Assembly (NCBI GenBank): GCA_964439555.1
Contig: CAYTQL010000002.1
Coordinates: 1-29,199 of the forward strand
Direction of reading: 5' to 3'
Length of the DNA: 29,199 bases
DNA from: an uncultured Planctomycetaceae bacterium
GTDB taxonomy: Bacteria; Planctomycetota; Phycisphaerae; SM23-33
The translations under genes were made by a program, and so were the position numbers. Below are positions 8,991 through 17,533 of this stretch, piece by piece (positions within the stretch are counted from its first letter, which is position 1; each line of letters begins with the position of its first letter). The notes below the pieces were generated by a model. That model had not been told where the DNA came from. It made no database searches and saw only the letters and a program-made list of their open reading frames with translations.

Positions 8991-9020
8991 ATGGTAGCGG
9001 GGGCCCGGACGCCCGGGCAA
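8991..9020 (-). promoter_or_regulatory. Putative sigma70 promoter of tRNA-Thr
   Basis: TTGCCC(9020-9015)-N18-TACCAT(8996-8991) just upstream of the tRNA 5' end. Confidence 0.5.
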
Positions 9021-9036
9021 GAGGGATTCGCGCGAA

Positions 9037-9834
9037 TCACCCGCCGTCGATGATGTCGCCCCGGTCGGACGCCGCCGCGGTCGCGCCGCGCCCCGCCGGC
9101 CAGGCGCCGGAAAGCACCCACGGGGCGACGCAGCGCATGACGAACCCGCTCTGCGTCGCCGCTGAGTGGGCGCCGCTGCGCCCGATGGCGGCGCTGAAGT
9201 CGATCTGGTAGAGCCTCGAGTAGCTGCGCTCGAACCCGGCGGCCCCGGCGGCCGGTCCGCGGACCCCGTCGACGTTCCCGGCGAGGGTGGTCCCGATCAC
9301 CAGCAACCCCACGTCCCGGCTGGTGTAGAAGTTCACGATCCCGCTGCGCGTGTGGCGCAGGGCGTCGGAGAGGTCATAGCCTTCGGAGATGCTCGCCGAG
9401 AGCAGCACCAGCCCGTCCACCTTCCGACCGGCGGGCAGCGCCTCGGCCGCGAAGACGGCCACTCCGCCCCCGCCGCTGTGCCCGACCAGGTGCACCGGGC
9501 GTCCGGGATGGGCGTCCTGGTACTCGACGATCATCCGGGCGATGCGCTGCCCGGCAAGGCGGTTGCCCACCACGTCCATCTGGTTGATCAGCGGACCGGC
9601 GAGGGGGATCGGGCGTCCCCACCGGTAGATGGGCACCGCGCGGTAGACCCCGGCGTCGATGAGCCCCTGCCGGATGCTGTGGTTCATCGGGCTCTCGCCC
9701 TCGATGCCCGGCAGGACGATCACCAGCCCGTTCTCCAGGCGCTCGGGGTTGACGTAGTCGAGGTTCGCGCTCCCTCCGCAGCCGGGCAGAAGCAGCAGCG
9801 TCGAGATTGTCAGAAGGAGAATCCCTCGAGTCAT
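9037..9834 (-). CDS. Lipoprotein with alpha/beta-hydrolase fold
   Basis: Signal peptide with lipobox LLPGC, PGIEG oxyanion-like motif, GHSGGG nucleophile elbow, candidate Asp (SRD) and His (GAHSAA). Confidence 0.75.
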   Translation of the reverse strand: MTRGILLLTISTLLLLPGCGGSANLDYVNPERLENGLVIVLPGIEGESPMNHSIRQGLIDAGVYRAVPIYRWGRPIPLAGPLINQMDVVGNRLAGQRIARMIVEYQDAHPGRPVHLVGHSGGGGVAVFAAEALPAGRKVDGLVLLSASISEGYDLSDALRHTRSGIVNFYTSRDVGLLVIGTTLAGNVDGVRGPAAGAAGFERSYSRLYQIDFSAAIGRSGAHSAATQSGFVMRCVAPWVLSGAWPAGRGATAAASDRGDIIDGG

Positions 9835-10026
9835 GTGCCGGTTCCCGAAGTGGTGTGAACGTGGATTCTATCGGCGGGATCGTCCCGGGACAAAAGAAGT
9901 TCCGCCCGAGTGTCTCGCCGGGGCGGACCGCCGATTTTTGTTGCATTCGATCGGGCGGGAAGTCGAATATCATTTCTGGAGCGACACACGGTTTTTTCGC
10001 GTCCCATCTGCGCGAGGTGAGCCATC

Positions 10027-10476
10027 ATGCCGATCGACGATGACCCCTTCGAGCCCGACCAGGACGAGTACTCGGACTACGTCACCGCCGTGGTCGCGAG
10101 GAATGACGATGCGGCCGAGCGGTTCCGCGAACTTCTGGCCGACCACGATATTCCCTCCACCGTGGGCGAGGAGGACGACGACGGCGCTGCGACGATGACC
10201 CGCGGGATGCCCGTGATGGTCCCCGAGCCCCTGCTCGACGAGGCCAGCGAGATCATCGCCGAATACGAGGACACCGAGCAGTTCGAGACCGACGAGGAAG
10301 AGTTCGAGGACGAAGAGGAGGAGGACGAGGACCTCTTCACCGAGAAGGAGGGCTTCGAGGAGTTCGAGGAGGAAGAAGACCTCTTCGACGATGACGAGGA
10401 AGACGATGAGGACCTCTTCGGCGTGGACGAGGAAGAGGACGAAGACCTTCTCGACGACGAGGACGAGCCGTTCTGA
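10027..10476 (+). CDS. Hypothetical protein, DUF2007-like N-terminal domain plus long Asp/Glu-rich tail
   Basis: AERFRELLADHDIPS...VMVPEPLLDEASEII resembles DUF2007. The C-terminal ~70 aa are mostly D/E with periodic F/L. Confidence 0.7.
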   Translation: MPIDDDPFEPDQDEYSDYVTAVVARNDDAAERFRELLADHDIPSTVGEEDDDGAATMTRGMPVMVPEPLLDEASEIIAEYEDTEQFETDEEEFEDEEEEDEDLFTEKEGFEEFEEEEDLFDDDEEDDEDLFGVDEEEDEDLLDDEDEPF

Positions 10477-10506
10477 CCGCGGCCGTCCAGGCGACATGGG
10501 AGCGCA

Positions 10507-10827
10507 ATGAGCAAGTCCAGCGAGCAGCCTGACGAGAAAACCGACCAGAACTGCGACGGGCCCGACCGCCGCGGAAGCGACCGGCGACGCGGCGTGGTGG
10601 ACCGCCGCAGCGGGCTCGACCGACGCCGCGGGCCCGGACGCCGGCGCAGCGAGCAGCGCCGCAGCGCCGAAGAAGGGGAGATGACCCCCGAGCAGTTCGA
10701 CTTCATCATGGCGGTCAACGAGTACAAGCGCGTCAACAACCGTCCCTTCCCGAGCTGGACCGAGGTGCTCGACATCATCAAGGCGATCGGCTACCGCAAA
10801 GTTGCCGAACCGGAAGAGATCGAGTAA
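10507..10827 (+). CDS. Hypothetical protein with DRR repeats and a small helical C-terminal domain
   Basis: PDRRGSDRRRGVVDRRSGLDRRRGPGRRRSEQRR followed by EQFDFIMAVNEYKRVNNRPFPSWTEVLDIIKAIGYRK. Codon pattern looks coding. Confidence 0.75.
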   Translation: MSKSSEQPDEKTDQNCDGPDRRGSDRRRGVVDRRSGLDRRRGPGRRRSEQRRSAEEGEMTPEQFDFIMAVNEYKRVNNRPFPSWTEVLDIIKAIGYRKVAEPEEIE

Positions 10828-10856
10828 GATGTCGGTGTAGCGCCCGGAGGCGCGGC

Positions 10857-11495
10857 ATGATCCTCGGAAGCGAATATATCGGGATGACGTTCCGCATCAC
10901 CACGGTCGTGGCGCCCGTGGCGGTCTATTTCCTGATTCTGGGGCTTCTCAACACTCGACGCCGCCCCCAGTTGCTCACCGGGCGGACCGACTTTTTCCTG
11001 CTGGTGGTGGCCCTGAGCCCGCTGCTGATGATTCCCGCCGTCGGCGTGCTCGGGCTCTCCACGCTCGGGACGCTCCTGGCGGCCGCCGCCGTCGGGGCCG
11101 TGGTCTACTTCCTGGCGCCCCGCGGGCGGACTTGGGTGATCTACAACCTTCCCCCGCGCCGCGCTCGCCAGGCCGTCCTGGCGGCGCTGCGGCGGATCGG
11201 CATGGACGCCGACGAGCAGGGCGGGCGTATCCGTCTGCCCGCCGGGGGGAGCCTGGAACTCGGCGGCTTCGCCCTGCTGCGGAACGTCTCGATCCGCATG
11301 GACCGGGCCGACGCCGGCGTGAGCCGCGAATTCGAGGCCGCCCTCGCCCGGGAGTTGGGCGGCGTCGACGTCGAGCCGAGCCCCGCGGCGGTCGCGCTGC
11401 TGCTGGTCGCCACGGCCATGCTGGTCGCCCCGATGGCGCTGGTGGCGCACGAGGCGCCGGAAATCGTCCGCTTCCTCGGCGATCTGCTGCAATAA
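10857..11495 (+). CDS. Hypothetical integral membrane protein
   Basis: Three N-terminal hydrophobic helices, a soluble middle region and a C-terminal helix. GGAGG SD upstream. Confidence 0.7.
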   Translation: MILGSEYIGMTFRITTVVAPVAVYFLILGLLNTRRRPQLLTGRTDFFLLVVALSPLLMIPAVGVLGLSTLGTLLAAAAVGAVVYFLAPRGRTWVIYNLPPRRARQAVLAALRRIGMDADEQGGRIRLPAGGSLELGGFALLRNVSIRMDRADAGVSREFEAALARELGGVDVEPSPAAVALLLVATAMLVAPMALVAHEAPEIVRFLGDLLQ

Positions 11496-11630
11496 TTTCA
11501 CCTTCGCCTTTTCGGCCTGGCGCCGACGGGGGCGACGGGTTGTTGGGTCAGTAAGTCTCTTCTGTGCAGTCGTTTACGTTTCAGGCTCCGCGACGGGGCT
11601 TCTGTGTGCGCCGACGGGGAGGTCCCGGGG

Positions 11631-11672
11631 CGGCAACTTGCCGTTTGCCCCGTGGCCGATTTTGGCTACCAT
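11631..11672 (+). promoter_or_regulatory. Putative sigma70 promoter with adjacent palindrome upstream of the first prepilin gene
   Basis: TTGCCC(11645-11650)-N16-TACCAT(11667-11672). Palindrome CGGCAA-C-TTGCCG at 11631-11643. Confidence 0.45.
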
Positions 11673-11697
11673 ATAAGCGCCACGAAAGGAGTCGGCC

Positions 11698-12723
11698 ATG
11701 TCCGAGAGACTCGCCCGTTCACGCGGTACCGGCTTCACGCTGACCGAGGTGCTTGTCGTCATCTCGATTCTGATTCTGCTGACCGCGGTGTTGATGCCGA
11801 CGCTCAGCGAAGTCCGCGAGGCCGCCTACGACGCGATCTGTCGATCGAATCTGCACAATCTCTCCACCGGTCTGACCACCCAGGGCGCCGACCGGGGCGG
11901 AAAGGTGCCGGGCTCTACGCAGTGGGTATCGAGCGTCTCGGAGCTCGGGCTCACCGACTCGTTGATCTGCCCGAAGGACCAGTTCGACCCACACCAGACC
12001 GCCGCCTCGCTGGACGAGGTGTACGTCCTCCAGTTCCATACCGGCCAGAAGGAGAACTACGACATCTCCTACGTCAACAGCCTGCTCGAAGGTGGCGGTC
12101 CGGTCGTGGACGATCCGCAGATCTGGTGCCGCTACCCCGGCGGGGGAGTCAACGACGACCCGAAGGGCGAGAACTGGCCGCCCGGGAGCATCCCCGACCT
12201 CGACGACAACCAGGCCTTCATCGGCATCGACAACGACGCTTGCTGCCTGATCACCCTCGGCGACCGGGTGGAGATCGAGTCGCTCCCGCCCCCGGACCCC
12301 GGGCACTCCCGCCACTGGGTGATGAAGGGCGACGGGGACATCAAGACCCCCCTCGAAGGCGGGGAGGACCCGGCCAACGAGGACAACGAGAACATCCTCC
12401 ACCTCTACGGGTGGGACTACACGGAGGTGGACCCGCGTTCACCGGCGTCGCCTTCGAGTATCCGGTCGGTCAGCTACGGCATGAACGGCCTGATCGGGGG
12501 GCGGGAGTGGAACCCCTCGCAGATCGTGCTCATCGACGCGCTGGAGGCCAGCATCGAGATCGACGCCGAGGGCAACTTCATCACGCCCCTCCGCGAAGTC
12601 CTGGCGCCGCGGCACTGGGAGGATTCGATGAACATGGTGGACATGAGCGGCGCGGCGCTGCCGATCGATTTTGCCGACTTCGAGCAGCGATTGGAGGAGC
12701 CCGGGTTCCGCTGGTTCCCGTAA
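11698..12723 (+). CDS. Prepilin-type N-terminal cleavage/methylation protein (DUF1559-like pseudopilin)
   Basis: G|FTLTEVLVVISILILLTAVLMPTLSEVRE...CRSNL, SYGMNG, C-terminal RH motif. AAGGAG SD. Confidence 0.9.
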   Translation: MSERLARSRGTGFTLTEVLVVISILILLTAVLMPTLSEVREAAYDAICRSNLHNLSTGLTTQGADRGGKVPGSTQWVSSVSELGLTDSLICPKDQFDPHQTAASLDEVYVLQFHTGQKENYDISYVNSLLEGGGPVVDDPQIWCRYPGGGVNDDPKGENWPPGSIPDLDDNQAFIGIDNDACCLITLGDRVEIESLPPPDPGHSRHWVMKGDGDIKTPLEGGEDPANEDNENILHLYGWDYTEVDPRSPASPSSIRSVSYGMNGLIGGREWNPSQIVLIDALEASIEIDAEGNFITPLREVLAPRHWEDSMNMVDMSGAALPIDFADFEQRLEEPGFRWFP

Positions 12724-12744
12724 CCGGTGCGGAGCCCCCAACGC

Positions 12745-13374
12745 ATGGCATCCGGGAAGATGTTCTCCATCGGGAAGTTGCTGCTCGGCCTGCTCGCCCT
12801 GGTCGCGGTGAGCGCTGCGCTTTACGTGAGCCGCAGCGACCCGCGCGACCTCGCCAACTCCGACGACCCGGGCGACCGGAAACGGGCCGCCCGGGCGCTG
12901 GCCGAGAGCGGCTCGGAGGCGGATCGCGAAAAGCTCGAGCAACTCGTCTCCGACCCCGATCCGTGGGTGGGACGCTACGCCGTCCGCGGCCTGGAGGACC
13001 CGACCAAGCTCCGCCGCATCCTCTCGGACAAGTCGCTGCACGGCGCGGTCCGCGGGGAAGCGGCCGCTCAGCTCGGCAAGAAGGGCGGCGATGCGGAGGC
13101 CCTGACGCGCGTGCTTGACCCCGGCGGCGAGCCCGAGGCGAAGGTCCGCGCCGGGGCCGCCAAGGGCCTCGGCTTCGCACGCGACCCGGAGGCGATCCCC
13201 CAACTCGTCGAGGCGCTGGAGGACCCGGACCGGGAGGTCCGCATCTGGGCGATCACGGCCATCCACCGGATGATCGCGCGACGCTTCCCCTTCGACGCCT
13301 CCAAGCCCCCGGGCACGCAGCGGGCGGAAATCCGCCGCATCGAGGAGTACCTCCGCAAGGCCGGGGCGCTGTAG
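12745..13374 (+). CDS. Membrane-anchored HEAT-repeat protein
   Basis: N-terminal TM helix, then repeats RKRAARAL / VRGEAAAQLG / VRAGAAKGLG / LEDPDREVRIWAITAI. Confidence 0.85.
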   Translation: MASGKMFSIGKLLLGLLALVAVSAALYVSRSDPRDLANSDDPGDRKRAARALAESGSEADREKLEQLVSDPDPWVGRYAVRGLEDPTKLRRILSDKSLHGAVRGEAAAQLGKKGGDAEALTRVLDPGGEPEAKVRAGAAKGLGFARDPEAIPQLVEALEDPDREVRIWAITAIHRMIARRFPFDASKPPGTQRAEIRRIEEYLRKAGAL

Positions 13375-13521
13375 CGGGCGCCGCGGCCGCTGCGCGGCAT
13401 GGTCGTGGTCGCGACGCCCCCGGGGCGCCCCGCTGACGGGGCGTCGGCTCCGCTGTTTGCCCCGCCCGGTCTCTGCGGTACACTCGCCCGCCCAGGATTC
13501 CTCTGCCGAAGGAGCTCAAAC

Positions 13522-14502
13522 GTGGCGAACAAGATCGGTTGGATTGTCTCGGGCGTGCTGGTGCTGGCGCTGGCGGGGTTCGTGGTCTGGCGGGTCGCTT
13601 TCCCGCCGCAGACCGAGCCGACCATCACCGCCGAGCCGGGCATGCTGGAAGTGCAGAAGCCCTCGGCCTCGCCGGCGGCGTTTGCCGGCGGCGACCCGGG
13701 CGGCGCCGGCAACGCCGGGGACGACTACGCCCAGGCCGCTGCGCTGGTCGAAGAGAACATGGCGAAGCTCGCCGAGGCGGACGCGGCCGTCCGCGAGCAG
13801 AAGACCCCCGGCCCCGAGGCGCTGGGATTGCTCAAGCGGGTCCACGGGCTCGTGACGGCGGGGGCCGAGAAGCGCGAGATGGACTACGTCTTCGCCCACA
13901 CGCCCGAGAAGCTCCAGCTTTCGCGCGAGTATCCCCCGGCCTCGGACCTCCAGAACGTCGCCGGCGCGCTGACCACGCTTGCCCTGTACTACTTCTACCA
14001 AGGCGAGTACGACAAGGCCGAGGAGGTCTGGCTGGACCAGTTCCAGCTCGGGCGGCACATGATGCAGGAACGCGACCTCGTGGCGATGACCCAGCGAGGC
14101 TACGGCGTGCAGTCGCTCGCCCTCAACGACCTCCGCGTGCTTTACAAGGAGACGAACCAGCCGGACAAGCGCGCCGCCGTGGACAACTACGCCCAGGCGC
14201 TTCAGGAAGTCAGCGACTGGCACCGGCGGAAGGTCAACGAGGCCGTCTGGCAGGCCGATCCGCTCATCGGCGACCTGATCAACATCGTCGAGAATGACGC
14301 CGACCCCGCCTGGCGGAACGAGGCGCTGCTGTACATGGGCATCGCCCGGCACACCGCCAAGAAGAAGTCCGACCGCGCGAAAATCAAGGAGCTGCTCGAC
14401 CAGTACGCCTCGGGCGCCGAGCCGGTCTCCGCCGCGGCCGCCCGGTGGGCGAAGCAGACCCCGCCGGACATCCTCCACACCTTCGGCTCGCGGCAGTTCT
14501 GA
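13522..14502 (+). CDS. Hypothetical membrane-anchored alpha-helical protein
   Basis: GTG start after an AAGGAG SD. Single N-terminal TM helix (IGWIVSGVLVLALAGFVVW), TPR/HEAT-like helical body. Confidence 0.75.
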   Translation: MANKIGWIVSGVLVLALAGFVVWRVAFPPQTEPTITAEPGMLEVQKPSASPAAFAGGDPGGAGNAGDDYAQAAALVEENMAKLAEADAAVREQKTPGPEALGLLKRVHGLVTAGAEKREMDYVFAHTPEKLQLSREYPPASDLQNVAGALTTLALYYFYQGEYDKAEEVWLDQFQLGRHMMQERDLVAMTQRGYGVQSLALNDLRVLYKETNQPDKRAAVDNYAQALQEVSDWHRRKVNEAVWQADPLIGDLINIVENDADPAWRNEALLYMGIARHTAKKKSDRAKIKELLDQYASGAEPVSAAAARWAKQTPPDILHTFGSRQF

Positions 14503-14537
14503 GCCCGAGCTGAGGGGCTCAGCCCGCAGCGCATGAA

Positions 14538-14569
14538 AACGGGGCGGTCGATCGCTCGGCCGCCCCGTT
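14538..14569. terminator. Probable bidirectional intrinsic terminator
   Basis: AACGGGGCGGTCGA-TCGC-TCGGCCGCCCCGTT is a 14-bp stem with one G-T pair, an A-run on the left and TTATT on the right. It lies between a + gene and the convergent tRNA-Ala. Confidence 0.7.
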
Positions 14570-14600
14570 ATTCAGTCTCTCGGCGGGTCGTTCCCGCCCC

Positions 14601-14673
14601 TGGAGCCGCGGGGATTCGAACCCCGGACCTTCTGCATGCCATGCAGACGCGCTCCCAGCTGCGCCACGGCCCC
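14601..14673 (-). tRNA. tRNA-Ala(GGC)
   Basis: GGGGCCGTGGCGCAGCTGGGAGCGCGTCTGCATGGCATGCAGAAGGTCCGGGGTTCGAATCCCCGCGGCTCCA. Anticodon GGC, G3-U70 identity pair, discriminator A. Confidence 0.96.
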
Positions 14674-14685
14674 GCAACAATCTCC

Positions 14686-14714
14686 ATTGTGCCGGTTGGG
14701 CCCGCGACGGTCAA
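14686..14714 (-). promoter_or_regulatory. Putative sigma70 promoter of tRNA-Ala
   Basis: TTGACC(14714-14709)-N17-CACAAT(14691-14686). Confidence 0.6.
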
Positions 14715-15100
14715 CCCCTGCGGCGGGGAATCTTCGGGAAAATCCCTCCGCCCCGCGCCGGGGCGGTGATGCGCGCTTCTTCGGGGCCTCGCCCGGGCCC
14801 GAAACGGCCTCTCGTCCCGCTCCGAATGCGGACCGGCGGGGAGGGGTTTTCGCGGGCAGGGGCGTTCCGGAGGTCAACCCTTCGCGATGGGGCGGCGTTA
14901 TCCGCCGCTTATCCAAGCCTGCGCCCATCTGAACAGAACTTGAATCCCGAATTCGGGCTTCCGTAATCCGAGCTTAATACGCCGGGGCTACACTCTCGCC
15001 TGTTCTGAGAAGTTGAGGACACTCGCCACGCTCGCACGGCTCGGAAAACAGGGCAGATCGGCGGGGCGGAGTCCATACGTGAGGGTCACCAGAGAAAGGA

Positions 15101-15943
15101 ATGGCGCGAATGCACGGGACGGGAACGGCGAGACGGAACGCATTTACACTGGTGGAGCTGCTGGTGGTCATCGCGATCATCGCGCTGCTGGTCTCTATTC
15201 TCCTGCCGAGCCTCAGCCGCGCGACGGAGCTGGCCAACCGCTCCGCCTGCGGGATGCACCTCAACGGCATCGGCAAGGCGATGAAGACGTACGAAACCGA
15301 GTTCAAACGTTCCCCCGGTCTCCGGACCAGCGGCGGGACCTGGGCGACCGAGTACAACGCCGACGCCAAGAGCTTCGAGGACTTCTCCGAGCTCGGGGAG
15401 AACGCCGAGTGCAACCTCTCGCAGTGGTACGTCCTGGTCAAGGTCGGGACCATCAGCGAGTCGACCTTCGAGTGCCCCTCGGACGACATCTACGAAGAGG
15501 CCGTCCGCAACGATGACAACAAGGTCGGCTTCTCCTCCTGGCGGAACTGCTCCTTCGGGCTCCAGCCCGCCACGCAGCACATCAGCAACCCCGCCTACCC
15601 CGGGGCGACCGGTCAGTCGGCCGGGATGATCATCGCCGGGGACAAGATGAGCCAGGGCGTCCCCGAGAATCAGCCCGAGAAGAAGGTCTCCGACAACCAC
15701 GAGGGCGGGAACTACCTCACCATGACCTGCTCGGTCCAGTGGGTCGAGGGCTCCGCCGAGGGCGCCGACAGTCGCATCGGCATCGAGGAAAACGACGTCT
15801 ACGCCATCGACATGAACGAGGACGGCGAGATCGATACCGGCGTCCCCCCCGGCGACGACGTCGGTCTCCACCATCCCAACGACAGCTACCTGTACTGGAA
15901 AGACCAGGACATGCCGCAGAGCTCGGGTACGAGCGACGGCTGA
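15101..15943 (+). CDS. Prepilin-type N-terminal cleavage/methylation protein (DUF1559-like)
   Basis: A|[27 protein letters not shown]...C, FECPSD, degenerate NHEGGNYL C-terminal motif. AAAGGA SD. Confidence 0.9.
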   Translation: MARMHGTGTARRNAFTLVELLVVIAIIALLVSILLPSLSRATELANRSACGMHLNGIGKAMKTYETEFKRSPGLRTSGGTWATEYNADAKSFEDFSELGENAECNLSQWYVLVKVGTISESTFECPSDDIYEEAVRNDDNKVGFSSWRNCSFGLQPATQHISNPAYPGATGQSAGMIIAGDKMSQGVPENQPEKKVSDNHEGGNYLTMTCSVQWVEGSAEGADSRIGIEENDVYAIDMNEDGEIDTGVPPGDDVGLHHPNDSYLYWKDQDMPQSSGTSDG

Positions 15944-16291
15944 ACGACGATACCGGCCGCGGCGGGCTCTACGCTCCCCGTCGCCCGGTCTCGTGTAAGG
16001 ACGAGGCCCGGACGCGGCCCGGACGGCCGCGATTCAGAACCGGGCAAAACGGCAGCACTGCAACCGGCGCAGGCTCCGCGCGCAGAGATCGGCGGATCGT
16101 CGCGCGACGTTCACGGAAGCTGAGCGCAGTTTTGCGGCGCGGTTCATCGGGACTTAATCGCCGGCGGGCATAATAGCCTCCCGACGGTCGCAGGGGCGAT
16201 TCCCTGCGGGCTTCTTCCGGATGGCCCGCCGACGGAAATGGCACGAAACGGAACCGGCAAGCCTCAACGGCGCGAGATCAAGGACAGGGAG

Positions 16292-17335
16292 ATGATGCGA
16301 GACAAGCGACGCCGCACCCACGGTTTTACCCTCGTCGAGCTGCTGGTGGTCATTGCGATCATCGCACTGCTCGTGAGCATTCTGCTGCCCAGCTTCCAGC
16401 GGGCCCTGGAGATCGCCCGGGCGACCCGCTGCGGGATGAACCTCAATTCCCTGGGCAAGCAGCTCAAGACCTACGCCACCGAGTACGGACGCTACCCGAC
16501 CTCTTACCTGTACCCGAAGGATGAGCACGGCAACTGGGACCTCTCCCAGAACGGCGGGAACAAGCCCCACGGGTACGTCCACTGGTCCTACTTCCTGCTG
16601 GGCAAGGGCAAGCTCGCCGACGACGCCTTCACCTGCGGCTCCGTCCGCAACGGCGGCGCGCCGCGGACCAATCCCGGCGACGACCCGGAGGACTGGGAGT
16701 CCGGGCAGGGCAACCAGAACGGGCAGACCTACCCCGGGGGAACGGGCATCGAGGATCGCCAGGCCCGACGCATGGCGTACACCGCCAACGCCGCGATCAT
16801 CCCGCGGAACAAGTTCAACAAGAGCCTCTCCGGCGGCGTGCGGTACAACCGCTTCGTCGCGCCGTCCGAGGTCAAGCAGGGCGCCAAGACGGTCCTGGTC
16901 ACCGAGTTCTTCGAGGACTGGCGGGCCACCGCCGTCGCCAACCAGGGCGACGCGCTGCTGTGCAAGTCCCACCGCCCGATCAACCCCTTCTGCCACATCT
17001 CACGCGGGACCAACGAGTACAAGGCGGACCTGATGTTCCCGGGACTCCGCTACGGGCCCAACGACCAGACGCCCAGCTACGGGATCCGCACGGAAAAGGC
17101 TGTCCGTCAGAACCCCGTCGGGCTCATCGACTCCGGCGACACCGAGCTGAACGCCGTGGGACGCCATCACTACGGAACCTACGGCGAGGACGGAGAGTTC
17201 GGCGGAAACGTCAACTTCCTCTACTGCGACGGGCACGTCGAACTCAAGAACGTCCTGGAGACCGTGGAACGCCGGGAATGGGGCGAAAAGTACTACAGCC
17301 TCTCCGGACCCAATACGGAAATCATCAACTACTAG
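16292..17335 (+). CDS. Prepilin-type protein with H-X9-DG-like processing-associated motif
   Basis: G|[27 protein letters not shown]...CGMNL, C-terminal RHH...GNVNFLYCDGHV. Start ATG 16292 follows an AAGGA SD. Confidence 0.92.
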   Translation: MMRDKRRRTHGFTLVELLVVIAIIALLVSILLPSFQRALEIARATRCGMNLNSLGKQLKTYATEYGRYPTSYLYPKDEHGNWDLSQNGGNKPHGYVHWSYFLLGKGKLADDAFTCGSVRNGGAPRTNPGDDPEDWESGQGNQNGQTYPGGTGIEDRQARRMAYTANAAIIPRNKFNKSLSGGVRYNRFVAPSEVKQGAKTVLVTEFFEDWRATAVANQGDALLCKSHRPINPFCHISRGTNEYKADLMFPGLRYGPNDQTPSYGIRTEKAVRQNPVGLIDSGDTELNAVGRHHYGTYGEDGEFGGNVNFLYCDGHVELKNVLETVERREWGEKYYSLSGPNTEIINY

Positions 17336-17350
17336 ACCAGATAACCCCCG

Positions 17351-17382
17351 GGCTCGCGGCGACCGGCGCGTCGCGGCGAGCC
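17351..17382. other. GC-rich stem-loop after the third prepilin gene
   Basis: GGCTCGC-G-GCGAC / GTCGC-G-GCGAGCC gives 12 bp with one mismatch. No U-tract. Confidence 0.45.
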
Positions 17383-17533
17383 GCCCAATGGCCGAGGCGG
17401 ACGCAAAGCACAGATCAGCAACCGAAAGGAGGTGGATGCACCTGGCGAAGCGGACTGCAACGGTCAGAAGTACGAAGTGAGGCACGGCGTGAGGGTTTAT
17501 CCAGTTTTTCTATCAGAGCAAAAGGAGCGAAAC

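Noticed and set aside
11521-11619. Four CGACGGG copies and a TAAGT-N15-GTTTA pattern upstream of the first prepilin promoter
   Set aside because: The spacing is irregular, the 7-mer is common in high-GC DNA, and the palindrome's right half is poor.
14630-14645. A32-U38 pair in the tRNA-Ala anticodon loop
   Set aside because: A known normal feature of bacterial tRNA-Ala(GGC).
8906-14673. Genomic island or prophage integrated at tRNA-Thr or tRNA-Ala
   Set aside because: No integrase, no duplicated tRNA 3' end and no visible compositional shift.
17376-17450. c-di-GMP-I (GEMM) riboswitch suggested by GGACGCAAAG and a CC-GAAA-GG loop
   Set aside because: The upstream GGCAAA is absent (GGCGAG, tied up in another hairpin), the P2 loop is not GNRA, and there is no convincing P3 or tetraloop receptor. 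Infernal RF01051 would be decisive.
16240-17460. Sigma54 promoters (TGGCAC at 16240; TGGC...TGC at 17443)
   Set aside because: The first lacks the -12 TTGC. The second has 11 rather than 10 nt between GG and GC.
17436-17480. 14-aa uORF MHLAKRTATVRSTK after AAGGAGGTG
   Set aside because: The SD-to-ATG spacing is too short, the ATG sits in the loop of an AGGTG/CACCT hairpin, and the peptide has no telling composition. Kept only as an alternative to the STAB-SD idea.
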